Shown: one piece after another, positions 1-13,015 of the stretch
Numbering within the stretch: the stretch's first letter is position 1
Layout: the number at the start of each line of letters is the position of its first letter
NCBI GenBank assembly: GCA_964057225.1
Contig: OZ059897.1
Location: forward strand, 11,656,001 to 11,720,000
Source of the DNA: Auanema rhodensis
Taxonomy: Eukaryota > Animalia > Nematoda
Direction of reading: 5' to 3'
DNA length: 64,000 nt
Notes under the pieces: model-generated
Databases searched by the model: none
What the model was told of the DNA's origin: nothing
Seen by the model: only the letters and a program-made list of their open reading frames with translations
Translations under genes and position numbers: made by a program

Positions 1-1846
1 GAATAGAAGCAATAATAAATAAACAAAAGAAGATACATATTCCTAGTCGTCCATCTAATTTTGTTTTATATTTCTTAATACTCTGAAATTATTTTAATAA
101 AATAACAATTTTTGTCATCTTTTCTTCTTCTTTTTTTTTTGAAATAAAAATTTAATTTTTGAAAAATAATAATAATGTATCTATCTCATACCACTGGATT
201 TTGATTGTTCATTATAAGAAACGGTCTAAAAAACTAAATAAAATTGTTTTTTTTTATTAAAAATAAGATAATTAGATAAAAAATAAAAGAAAAATATAAT
301 TATTATAAATTATTCTTAAAATTAATAAAAAATATTGGTTAATAATAGATCTAAGAATCAAGGATAGTTCGAATGAGAAGTTAATTTCTTCGATTTGGCC
401 GTAGTAAACTTAAGGTCGAAAAACGAAAGATCGCTTAAAGACACTTACGATATGAAAAGAATCATTGATTATGTGAGTATTATCCAAAAACAACGGAAAA
501 AGAAGAAAATAAATCCAAATAATCATAAAGAAAGTCTTGAAAAAATAAATTTGAAAATAAAAAAATGGGAAAAATGAGCAATGAAGCGTTTGAATTTCAG
601 TTATATTGAGAAAGACATATAGACATAAAACATTGTTCAGGTTGAAGTTGTTTTTGTTTGAAGTTTTTAAATTAAAACAGTAGCAAATTAGAACGAACAA
701 GTTTTATTTCCAAATAAATATATAACAAGTACATTGTAATCATTTCAATTAAAATGTAACAATATACTTTTTGTTTTGTTTTTTTGTTTTAAAAGAATAG
801 AAAATATTTCCGATTGAATGATTAAGTTTATAAAATATAATAGTTATTAACATTTTATTTTATAATTAAAATTAAAAATTATTTATAAAAATTGATTTTG
901 ATGATCAAGGAAACAGAAGAAAGTTTCATCAGAAACTGACTAGGATGTTTAACTGAGCCGATATTACAATTGTTGAGATCAAGACATCGGCGAGAACACC
1001 ATAGAAACTGCTTAGGTAAATACTGTTAAGAATCTTCAATGTTCTGATATTATGAGAGCTTTAAGTATGTTTCAAAGAACAATAATATAATCTTATTACT
1101 TATTTAATTAAAATTAAATAATTTTAAATCAATTATAATATATTTTATAATATTATTATTATTATAAATAAAAGATTAATTGATTGTTTTAAATAGTTTT
1201 AATTAACTGAAAATGTATATGTTTTCTTAATTCTTCTTCAAATATTTGTGTAAATACATGTATGCTGTCGATTATATGAAGTTGAAAAGAAAAAAGAAAT
1301 ACGGGGATGGTTCAAGAACACTCTTAGAAGATTAAGATTAAATATATGAACTAACAGGTCATATGTTTAAGTTTTGAACTTTTTCATTAAATATTTCCAA
1401 AAAAAAACATTTTCTAATATAAAAGTACAAAAATGTATGTTCAAGTATTGAGTGTGAATGTGAAACTTTGAAAAGAACTGAAAAAAAAAAGTTAAGTGTA
1501 AGAGAAGAGAATAGAATTTGATTATAACGTTGAAAACAAAAGAGAAAGAAAAGATAAACTTCAACTAAATGAACATTCGGCGTAGAGTCATGATGTCAAT
1601 GGAGAGAAAGAAAAAGGGAGAGAGAGAGAGAGATAAAGAGAGAAAGAGAGAGAGAGAGAAGAGGGAGAGGCAGAAAGATAAAGAGAGAGAGAGAGAGAGA
1701 GAGAGAAAGAAAAATAAAAAAAAGGTTAACATTCTAAGAAATAACAGTTTAACAAGAAATTTTGTATTTATCATTCTTCGTTATTGTCTATATATTGGTT
1801 CATCTTGTTCAGATAAAAACAAATCAATGAAAACGATGAAACTAAC

Positions 1847-2617
1847 CGGAGGATTTTTAGTAAAAACCTTCTGAACTCCACCTCCAGTTAAGCTACCACT
1901 TCCACGATGATAATCTCGGATAGAATTTGGTGAATCAGATCCCAAAGACACAGTTCTTCAAAAACTTTTATTTTTTCAAATATCGATGTGTTTATGAAAG
2001 ACTGATATACCTGATTGATCCTGCATCTTGTTGTTGAGAATTCATTGTTTGATTCTAAAAATAATAAACTGAAACAAATAAATGAAATCTGTCCAAAATG
2101 GAATATTATTCAGGGCTTTGAGTAATAATAACAGAAAATCCTGTTTAGATTACATGTCAAATAAAACAAATTTTGTTTTTTTAAAATTGGAAAATCAAAA
2201 AAAAAAGAAGAAAGAAAGTTGAAATGATATAAGCTAAATGAACTAATACAAGCTTTAGTTAATTATAATAAACTTTAATGATTATAAAAAAACAACTATT
2301 AAATATGAAAATTAAAATATTTCTGATGTAAAACAAAAGTTTTTGTTAAAACATTTTCATTTTAGAGGGAATTGAATGTCACCCATCCATCTAAACAGTA
2401 TAAAGAAAAAGAGAAAAATAATCTTTCAGAAAGAGAAATCGAGAAAAGAAGAAAATAGACTGAAGAAGAAGAAGAAGATGAAGAAGAGAACAATATAAGA
2501 AGTTGTGAAGTTTCAGAGAAATAAAGAAGGGGATCTTACCTTATCATCTTCTTGAGAAAAATGAGAAAGAGCTGAACTATGACCAGGAAATGGGTTAATC
2601 ATATAATGAACTTTCAT
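1847..2617 (-). CDS. 5' exons of an unidentified protein-coding gene continuing toward or past the window start
   Basis: Three phase-compatible GT-AG exons (2540-2617, 2011-2054, 1847-1955) give MKVHYMINPFPGHSSALSHFSQEDDK-NQTMNSQQQDAGSIR-TVSLGSDSPNSIRDYHRGSGSLTGGGVQKVFTKNPP, then donor GTTAGT. No domain recognised. Confidence 0.55.
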
Positions 2618-3579
2618 TTGAATTGTCTATGATATCCAGCTGAGTAAGCTTCTTCAAAGCCAAATAATCTGTTATCAGCTCAATGTCAAAAAACAATGAG
2701 TGTATGTATGTATGTAATCCTTTACAATAATTTATATTTTTTGATTGAATATGATGAAGAAAAAACCGTTTGGTGTGTATCTCTGATCTATAAATTATTT
2801 GAGAAAATATTGAAATAGTGTTAGTGTTGTCAAACCTTCAAAACCAAAATATACTAATATATAAATTGAAGTTCCACAGATTATTGCAGATTTTCCAGTT
2901 ATCCTGGTGCAAAAAAAGGTTTTTTTTCTTTTTTTTTTCGAATGAAAAGATATAGATGGATAGATGTATATAGTATATAGTATATATATATAATAAAAAA
3001 CTGGCTTTATGAAGAATAAATAAATGTTTTTGAAATGTTCCGTCGTCCGGTTGAAAGGATAGTTCTATTATCTTGTACGAGATATGAGAGAACATTGATA
3101 CAAGGATAGTACAGAAAATCAAGGACAATTGATCAATTCACCTAATTTCATTACATTTTTTTATTCTTAAAAGTTTTTTTTATTAATTTTAATAATAAAT
3201 TTTATTTTCAAATTTTGTTTTTGTATATAATTCAAATAATTATATTATATCTATTGTTATTATATAAATTTTAATCAAAAAATTAATTTAATAAACAGGA
3301 ATAAACAAATATTTATATATATTTTGAATATTTTTTAAAACAAATATAAAATTTTATTTTTAAAAATAATAAAATAGAAATTTAAAATTAAATTGAAGTA
3401 AATTCATCCATATAAGTCATATATATGTAGATAGAATGGATGTATTGATCATATGTCAACATTGAATTGAAAAGAGAAAAAACCTTACTGGAACATATCA
3501 ACTAACGAATCAATTTAGGTAGAAAATCATCGAAATTTCTTCTTTTTTTTTTGGTTTAAAAAGAAAAATATATTGTCTG

Positions 3580-6500
3580 TTATGATCTAAAATAATAAAG
3601 AACTGAAAATACGATCATAAATGTTATAGATTTAGTTCCAGAATATATGAACATAGTTAATAGAAGGGATAGTATTAGAACAAGTTGGAAAATCAGAAAG
3701 TAAATTAACGGATGACCAAAAATTAACTCAAATGATGGCCTGGTAGAGACTTCGCCAACTGAAACAGGATTCATTCCGCGATGTACTCGCTTAAATGTAT
3801 CTGAAGTTGAAATTGAATAATAAAATTTTATTTTCAATAAACAGATGTAACCTAAAATATGTTTTCTAGCTCCATTCCATTTATGTGGTCCAACAAGACG
3901 ATAATGTGATGGTGTTACAGGTCCCCAATACAGCTATAACATATGAAATATTAAAAAGAAAAGAAAATATAAATTATATGCTTATATAAAAAGATTATTC
4001 CTCTTTTTTTTTATAAATTTCAATATTTTAAGCTTTGTTTTATCTTTTTTAAAAAAAAAAAGAAAGATCTATTCCGGTATATATGGACTACAGAATGTCA
4101 GGATTCATGCTTAATCGCATCAGTGAAGCCAACATTGTCTGGCGATCAACAGCAGGTTTTTTTTTGTGAAACCTCGAAACTTCTACATGCGGTTTTGTTT
4201 CAAAATTCATTTTTCTATATAAATAAAGTTAATATAAAGATAATAATTAATTCTTAAATATATATTATATTTTATATTTAAATCTATAAATAATAAATTT
4301 ATAATTATATTTATTAAATATTACCATATATGCTAATTGTGGATCTTGTATGAATTTAATTGAAGGAATACATCCAATAATTGATGCTAATTGATCCATA
4401 TAATGAATGAAAGGAACCTATAAATAGCCTCATATCATGATTATCAAAGGTTAAAGCTCAATACTTGAAGAGAAGCTTTTCTTGCGGAGCATTTGAACAT
4501 ACTACAAATTTTTCTTTTTTCTTCTGAAAATTTAAGTTTTCTTCAACAACTTTTTGATTAAATTCAGTACGAAACCTTGAATACATTCAATCATTTCTGT
4601 TCGACTTGGAAGTTTAACACGATTTGCCCATATATGAGCACACATTCTACTTTGCATTTCACTTACAGTTGTTGTCGGCCCCATGGGATCAATCAATCCA
4701 ATAATCTATAGAAGAAAAATTATTTTTTTTATTTTTTTAAAAGAAAAAAAATTATTTTTGAAGTCTTACACCTAATGTATGATGTTTGTCGTCTGGTGAG
4801 AATATTCTTAAGTACAGGCTTAATTGATTATCGTCAACTTCAATGAATGGTTTATCATTCTCACGAATAAAATCAAAATCAAAGTTGAATCCTGTGCAGA
4901 ATATGATATCATCAATATGCTGAAATTGATTATTCGTCATTTATAGCTTTATAGCTTTATAGCTTTATAGTATACTATATATAATAGTTAATGAGCACCT
5001 CTTCAATATCATTGCTATAGACGACTGAATTACTTTCAAATCTATTGATTCCATTACGAATTTTTATATATCCACTATAATTGAATTGTATTTTGAAGAA
5101 TTTTCTCATTTCCTTTAGTTATTTTCAATACCTGCTCAGATGAAGAGGAAGATCATCAGCTAATAGAACTGGACTTTGACCTGGTAGCTCCGTAGGTTGT
5201 AGCCCGTATAACGAATGATCAAAAAAGTTTGTATAATCTCTATTTGTGACAAATCTCTTGACAGCATCTATAAAATGTAATATTTTAATTAAATCTCAAT
5301 CAGAACATGGAAACATCTGCTTTTCTTCTCCACCCACCACCACCACTCCTCTCTCTCTCTCTCTTCTTTCTTCTCTCTTTCATTCGTTTTTTTTTCTTTT
5401 TTCTCAATCTATTTGTTTCAAAAGGTCATTTGAACCACTTTTTTCTTGCTAATTTCCGTTGTTAAATTTAAAAAAAACTTTTTTTTTGTTTTTAATATGT
5501 CCTTCAGTTCATATACATGTGTTCAAACCCGTTACATCTAAATATAACGTTTAATCAAAAAGCTTTATCAGGGAATATCCTAGCTTTAAGATTTAAAATA
5601 CGTGATTTTTAGGAAGTTGGAAATCCTTCCTGCTTCTCTAACAAGTATAGATTTGCGGACATGAGACCATTGGGTCCTTCTCGACTCAAAAGTCTCCGCC
5701 TCTGGATTTAGCTGTTTCAGTTGAAATGCACGTAGGCCAACATGAATAGGATTCTTTTAATCTCTGACCAATTCTCTAGTTCTCACTGACTTATGTCTTG
5801 CAGAACATTTTCCATTTTGAACTTATAACTTTTTATTGATTTTTATATGTTAGCATGTACATATATATATATATATATATTATACATAAATATATAAAAT
5901 ACTTGTTTTACTTACTTGGGGAAATTTTTTGGATATGATCCATAAATCTGCTTCTAGTTACATCTCGAGGATAACCTTGTTTCACAACTCTACGAGTTAC
6001 CCATGTTCCATGTCTAGTCGATACATAGACCTATAACACTCATTGTATTACTATTATTGAGCATATAGCATGTTGCTTATCAGCTACCTGCTTAGCAGTT
6101 CTTGCCAATTCGCATGCTATATCACCTCCGCTGTTTCCCAAACCAACAATTAGAACATTTCGATTATAGAAACGTTGAGAAGTCTAAAAAGGCTTATTTG
6201 AAGGCAAATCTTCTAATGGACTCTCTATTTGATGCAATATTGATTAAGCTCTTTTGCCAGTTCTAGGTCAACTAAAGAAACAGCAGATGTTGCTGAACAG
6301 TTGGCTTATCAAACTCTCTATGTACTTATTGGCCACGTACGTGTGGTTAAACTCAATTTATTATAAGCAGAAAATTATTTTTAAAACTTGGTCGTACTTT
6401 GCATTGAGAACTATGATATATTCCTCCTTTAAACTGATCTATACCAGGATAAGTTGGAATATGAGGTTTAACATGATGACCATTGCAAACCATAACATAG

Positions 6501-7092
6501 CTAAACTGCATCGTATCTCTTGTTTTAGTTCTGTAAGCATTGATAGTTTTCATTTGTTTTCTCAAAGCATCAAAAAATGAAAAAAAAAATTACAACTCGT
6601 GCTCAGTTGTCACATCCCATGTACCATCTATCTCATAAGTCTTCGATTTTTTTACCTCAAATTACACAAAATAAATTATTTAAAAACATAAAACTATGAA
6701 CTTGCTTCAATAACTGATGTATTAAATTGAATACAAAGTTTCAAATTGAAATTCTTCGAATATTCTTCAAAATATTCTTGAAGTTGATAGTTTGGTAGAA
6801 AGTTTGGTAAAGCATCATTTGACATAGGAAAATCAGAAAATGTATTAAATTCTTTACTTGTATTCAGAATTGTTTTTCTCATAACAGTTGATGGAACTAA
6901 AATATGAAATTATTAGATGAAATTCATTCAGTTCTGAAAGAATTATCAACCTTCTTCAGAGAAATTCCATAATCCACCAATTATTTCATTTCGTTTCTCA
7001 TAACAAATAACATCAAACCCATATTCTTTTAAATTTTTGATAGCTGACAAGCCAGCAGACCCAGCACCTATTACACAAGCTTTTTTTGGCAT
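3580..7092 (-). CDS. fmo: Flavin-containing monooxygenase (class B FMO), multi-exon
   Basis: FAD motif MPKKACVIGAGSAGL; GGLWN; NTSKE..FSDFP; CNGHH; FMO fingerprint FKGGIYHSSQCK; NADPH motif VGLGNSGGDIA; IIFCTGF; SEMQSR; WGPVTPSHYRLVGPHKWNGA; hydrophobic C-terminal anchor ending at 3580. Confidence 0.93.
6334..6343. promoter_or_regulatory. Palindromic double HRE-like element (CACGTACGTG) in an fmo intron
   Basis: Perfect 10-bp palindrome with TACGTG on both strands; another GCACGTA at 5728-5734 in the larger intron. Motif match only. Confidence 0.35.
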
Positions 7093-8329
7093 ATTATAAA
7101 CTCCTATCTAAATCATATAAATAAATAAAACGAAAAAAAAAAGATTACAAAAGACTAAAAAACAACAAAAAATCCTTTAAATTCGTATAATAATTTGCAG
7201 AAAGAATGAAAGAAAAATAGAAAAAGTTGGTTTATTTGCAGCATTTACTGAATTTTGAACCGATAATTCTTCAGAATATACATTTTATCTAATGTCACAT
7301 CTATAAATGAAATCAATTATTAGTGATAACGACTAGTCTTCAGCGTAATAAATCTTTGATTGTCAAAAAATGTTTTTTATCCTTATCACTTAGTTGAAAT
7401 AGAGGACAAGAGGAAGATATACTATATAAAGTATATATGGATATGTAATTACATCTATAACTATCTATCTATCTATCTATATCTTATACTAATTATAAGA
7501 TTTATATATATATAAATAGATTAACATATAATTAATTATTAAAATAGATATAAGTAAAAGATTTTTTATTTATTTTTCATTCTAATACTGTATACTATAC
7601 TATCTTGCTTCGTTTTCTTTCCTTTTTTTCCCTCATCATCACCTCTTCTCTATTGATATTAACTATAATTCTATAATCTCTATACAACTCTTTATAATAT
7701 TTTGGACCTAATATGAAGCTAATATTCATTTAATCTGATGAAAATCACAAGTACTGATAAAAATTGTATTGATGATATATACATATTAGGTATTTGAAAA
7801 ATAGATTACAAGTTGTCAAAAAAAAAGAAGAAGAAGAAGAAGAAGTTTTTATTCTTTACATTTGACATCTTATCAAATTAACTCTCTTGGATATATTTAC
7901 TGTAATATATATTGGTGTGTAATAATTATATTTTTAGAAATCAAAAGAGATATTTGAATAATTTTAGTATTATTAACATAATCTATATAATATTCCTTCA
8001 TCTCTTTCTCTTTTATTCTTTTTTTTTCAATCTACTTACTTCGAAAGGTCATCTAAATCACTTGATTAGCTTTCAAATATGTATTCTATTTGATGTTAAT
8101 CCTATACACTCGTTCCCTTTACTACTCAGAGAACGGTCATTTCTTTTGTTTCAAACTCTCGTGATCTCTTCTCTTTTCCTTGAAAATGAAGTGACCTTAC
8201 ATGTCCCGCCTACCAAAATAACAGGATGGGTGCAACATTCAACGTATGTTAGTAGTATGTAATCTAGTACATTTGATTGAAACATTTGCAGAATATTTCT
8301 TCTTTTCCTTTCCAAATGTTAAAACATTT

Positions 8330-8337
8330 ATTTGCAT
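8330..8337 (+). promoter_or_regulatory. Octamer element ATTTGCAT (POU/CEH-6 type) upstream of aqp-8
   Basis: ATTTGCATA about 730 bp upstream of the aqp-8 ATG. An octamer drives excretory-cell expression of C. elegans aqp-8. Confidence 0.5.
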
Positions 8338-8656
8338 ATCTCTAATAGTTGAAGTTGCTCACGGAACTTCACTCAAGTTAACAACTGTGAGTATAATGTA
8401 CTCAACAATTCATTTCATTCTTATACAACTTTTATTTATTTAAAACTAACAATATTACTATGATTTTCAAATTTATGAAAGTTATCGTATACCGTTAACT
8501 TCAAAAGAAAAAAAAATCTTATAAAGTCAATATCATTTTCGAAGTATTATTCATTTTCCTTAAATTTCAGAAAAAGTTTTAACTTAAAACATATATTTCA
8601 ACTTATCATCATCCATCCATCTTCTTAAATCATATATGTCCTTCTCAACTTATATG

Positions 8657-8774
8657 ATAACTTGAGAATACGATATATACAATCAACAGTCATCATAATA
8701 TCAAGTTTCAAGTTCAAAAAGCATACTTCATTAACTAATATTTCATATAATTTATTAAACAAAAACTTTTTTTG
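8657..8774 (+). repeat. 118-bp direct repeat, copy 1 (upstream of aqp-8)
   Basis: Identical to 10897-11014 except one base (g8721 vs t10961). Confidence 0.95.
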
Positions 8775-9064
8775 CTGCTTCAAAACTTGAAAGAAAAACT
8801 TTTTTACTTACTTGCTTCATCATCAAATTTAACTTTCAAAATATTTTTCTGATAATAATATTAGGAAAACAATCATTTCTTATATAGTTATCTATTTATT
8901 TATGAAGAACTATGAAGTTTGAATACTGAATTCGTACATGTGTAGATGATTTTCCTAAATATATTCTTCATTGATTAAAATAATTTTTTATTTTTAATTA
9001 TTAATTTTCTTTAATATTATATATTATTTAATGATAAATATTATGTTTTTCAAATTATTTAGGT

Positions 9065-10336
9065 ATGGCACCACTCCAGGAAAGAGCTCGCCATTGGGCA
9101 ACCAAAAACAAATTGTACAGAAATTTGGTCTCAGAATTTTTCGGAACCTTTATGCTTCTTGTAAATCATTTAAATTGCAGACATCTAAATATTTGTATTG
9201 TTTTAGTTCATCGGAACATCCATTGTTTCACAATATCATTTGGGAGCTGGAAAAACAACAGAATATGTTGGAGTAAATCTTGGATGGGGATTTAACATCA
9301 TGTTATGTGTTATGGCTACTCAAAGATTATCAGGTACATATCAGTTATAAGCAATTTCTTCTAGAATATTTTCTTTAAGGAGGTCACCTTAATCCTGGAG
9401 TTTCAATCCTTCTGTGGAGCATGGGCCATATTCCATTTACTTGGTTCCTTCTGTACTGTGTCGCTCAAGTTGCTGGAGCTTTCTGCGGTTCCGCATGCAT
9501 GTATCTCTTCTACTATCGTGAGTTTTTTTTTTAAACATTTTATCATAATACGATCAAATTACATTATTTGGAAACAAATATTACTTCACATTTGTTTAAT
9601 ATTTTCATGTTTCAGCTTTGTTTAATGCTTTCGATGGTGGAGTTCGTGCCGTTGTCGGACCAACTGGAACGGCTGCTTGCTTTGCATCTTATCCTAATGC
9701 CGTAGCTTCCGGTTCATTCGTAACTTCATTTGTCGATCAGGTACTTTTTTTGTATTCAAGTTTACAACGATATCTTATATCTATATATAGATTGTTGGAA
9801 CTGGACTTCTTTGTTATTTCCTCTGTGTTGTCATTGATGAGCGTAATCAAATTCCAAAGGTCAGTTGTGAAAAATATGAATAAAAAGATTTTTTAAACTA
9901 TATTTAACTATAAATAGTTTGTTATTCTAAAATTAAAGGAAAAACTAATTTATAAATTCAAATTTTCAGAGATGCTATCCACCAATCTTTGCTGCTCTTG
10001 TCATCATGATCGGAACCGGATTCGGATATTACCTTGGATATCCAATCAATTCAGCTCGTGATCTTGGACCACGTCTCTTCTCAGCCTTCATCTATGGAAT
10101 GGATGTTTTCAAGTAAGTATCCCTCTAAGCTGTTTTTTTAATTTTTAAAATTCTCATTTAGAACACCGAACTCTACATACTTCTTGGCTCCAATTTTCGG
10201 ACCACTCGTCGGAGGATTATTTGGTGGATGGTTCTACAACCTTACTCTTGGAATTCATAATCCTGATATTGATGAAGAAGAAAAATCAGTTAAGGAAACC
10301 AATGAAACCAAAAAGTTGCTTCAATCAGAGCCATAA
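9065..10336 (+). CDS. aqp-8: Aquaglyceroporin, AQP-8 orthologue, 7 exons
   Basis: MAPLQERAR..LYRNLVSEFFGTFMLLFIG; NLGWG; SGGHLNPGVS; GPTGTAACFASYP; VIDERNQIP; LGYPINSARDLGPRLFSAFIYG. The RD after box 2 marks a glyceroporin. Close to remembered C. elegans AQP-8 along its length. Confidence 0.92.
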
Positions 10337-10896
10337 GTATTTCTCTTTCACAGTGATCTTTAGTGGAGCAAATTTAATTAAACTTTAATTAAAGTTCTTC
10401 ATCCGAATGTTTTTTAATCAATTATTCATTTTTTATTTTTAATTTGATTATTAGATGAAAATAAAAAAAAATTTTATTATTATTATTGTTATTATTATTT
10501 TAAAAAGAAAAGTACAAAACATCACAATATACATGTTTCAAGCAGAAAAACAACTAAGCTGAAACTAAAAAAAGTTTCAAAAAAATGCTGAGTAGTTTTG
10601 GTCTTTAACTCATTTATTTTCAACTTAGAATATGGCATAAGCTTCTAACAATAAGTGGTTGGTCATAATTCACTTGAAAAATTTCATTGATATTCTAAAA
10701 TGAACCCTTTTTAAGTTTTAATAATATATTCTTTTATACCGTAATTCATCGTCATTTCTTATATTTTCTAGTTTTTAAATATATATAATAATAAATAATA
10801 ATAATAATAATTTATAAAAAAAAGGAATTTAAAATATTTATTTTATTATTTGCTTTGTAATCTCAAAAATTAAATATAGATTAAAGAATTCAATTT

Positions 10897-11014
10897 ATAA
10901 CTTGAGAATACGATATATACAATCAACAGTCATCATAATATCAAGTTTCAAGTTCAAAAATCATACTTCATTAACTAATATTTCATATAATTTATTAAAC
11001 AAAAACTTTTTTTG
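10897..11014 (+). repeat. 118-bp direct repeat, copy 2 (downstream of aqp-8)
   Basis: Copy of 8657-8774, offset 2240 bp. Confidence 0.95.
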
Positions 11015-12491
11015 AAAACTTAAAGTTATAAATGAGATATAAGAATTATTAAAAATATATTATACATCTATTCATATATATCATATTCAAGATTTATATA
11101 TCATATAGTAAAGAATGTTGTTATATACATTAGTATACCAAGTAAGTATGCAGTAAATACATATTTATGATGTAAAATCAAGATTCAACATATAAAAATT
11201 TTAATATTTCTTCCGTAAAGATGTTTTCTTTCTATTTTTTATTATTAAATTGTATATGTATATTCTATATAAATATCTAACTAACTATATATAAGTTTGT
11301 ATATTTCATATTCATTATAGTATAAGATCTAATAGATTTGTATTACATATAACTAAAATATAAAGATTATTGTATATATTTATTATATTTTTATCATTTT
11401 ATCATATTATTTCTTCTTTTCTTTTCTTTTAAAGATTAAATATATTTCAAATTGATTTCTTTAAATGAATGATCTTCGATCATATAAAATTTTTCTCTTT
11501 TTTTCTCTTTAAAGAACTTAGATGTACAATGTACGGAAAATGAATGTATGGATGAATGATTCTGACATATACATGTATGTAAAACTTATAATTTTCCTTT
11601 AATATTAAAGAATCAAAAATGAATTATATGTATATCTATTTTAAGTAATATTATATAAAATAAATAAAAAAATATTTTTTCTTTTATTAAAAAATTTATA
11701 AAATTTATTATATATTTATTAATTTATATTATTATTATTATTATTATATTTAATAAATAAATTTATATAATATGTTGTGAATCTTAATTGATAATCATCA
11801 TATACATCAATATAAACTAATACTATATGTAGGATGTATGTAGATTGTATTATTGAAATTACAAAGACATAAGCTTAAGCTTATTTTTCTTCCTTTTTTT
11901 TGTGAAATTAAAAAGAAAAAAAGAATCATTTTGAATGTTAATTGAAATAATGAAATCAAATAAACTTAGTTTTTGATTGTAAATAAACAAAAAATTGAAT
12001 ATTCAGTATTAAAGATGATGAATATGCACATATCTTCAATAGAAAATGACTATTTAATAGCAAAAAATGTAGAAAATTTATTTGAAAAGAAAAAAATTGT
12101 TACAAATAATAATTTTTCATATTCAATTAAATTATTTATTTGAATATAGTTATTCTTATTTATATAAAAAGTTATTTATAATAAGATGATTCGTTAATAT
12201 TGCAAAAAAAAAGATTTTCAATTTTTGCTCTCTTAAAAGCCAAATCTATTCATATTTAAATTTCAGCTGTATTTATTTTGTATTGAATATTAAAAATTTT
12301 CTTCAAAATTGAAAAGAATTCAAATTGTGTTTATTGAAGATTCTTTAGCTCTTTTTGAATGAGTTAAAGGATAGCTTTAGAAACGAAATAACTATGACAA
12401 GCGTTTTTCTTACTTTTTTTTATTATAAATAGAAATATTGTTAATACAACTGCATGTTCATGATGTCAATAAACCTTGTTTAACTGTGTAC

Positions 12492-12526
12492 CTCTCTCTT
12501 TCTTTCTCTCTTTCTCTCTCTCTCTC

Positions 12527-12580
<54 letters not shown>
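12492..12580. repeat. (CT)n microsatellite
   Basis: Directly visible. Similar CT/GA tracts at about 1617-1706, 15876-15946, 40542-40617 and 43748-43823. Confidence 0.9.
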
Positions 12581-12971
12581 AGTCACTACTATTCTCATAA
12601 AGTTTCTATGCTTCTATCTGTATTAAGTATAAGATTCTAATATACATCTTTCCAAGTCATTTTATTTTTTTTCTCATGATATCTGCACAAATATTTTTGA
12701 GCTTTATGTCCGAAATAGTGGGCTTTTCCAACAAAATTTTCACATAAAATTCTTTCCATCAGCCAAGACATTCTTCAGAATATATAAGTTAATAAATATA
12801 CGAACATTTGAATTCAATTGTTAAATTGAAATTTTTTCATTCTTAAATTCTTCTTCAAGCAAATGTTTCATTATAGTATATTCCACGACATAAGTAACTA
12901 TTTTGAATTTTAATTTGTATATGTTTTAACTTTTTTTGTTTTTGTAAAGTTACAGCTGTTAACTTGTTTTC

Positions 12972-13015
<44 letters not shown>

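Noticed and set aside
1565-1874. ORFs with ERER/SLSL runs (also 12438, 15751 tail, 43694, 46432, 49669)
   Set aside because: Translations of (GA)n/(CT)n microsatellites.
4940-4970. (TTTATAGC)x4 tandem repeat in an fmo intron
   Set aside because: Ordinary short slippage repeat.
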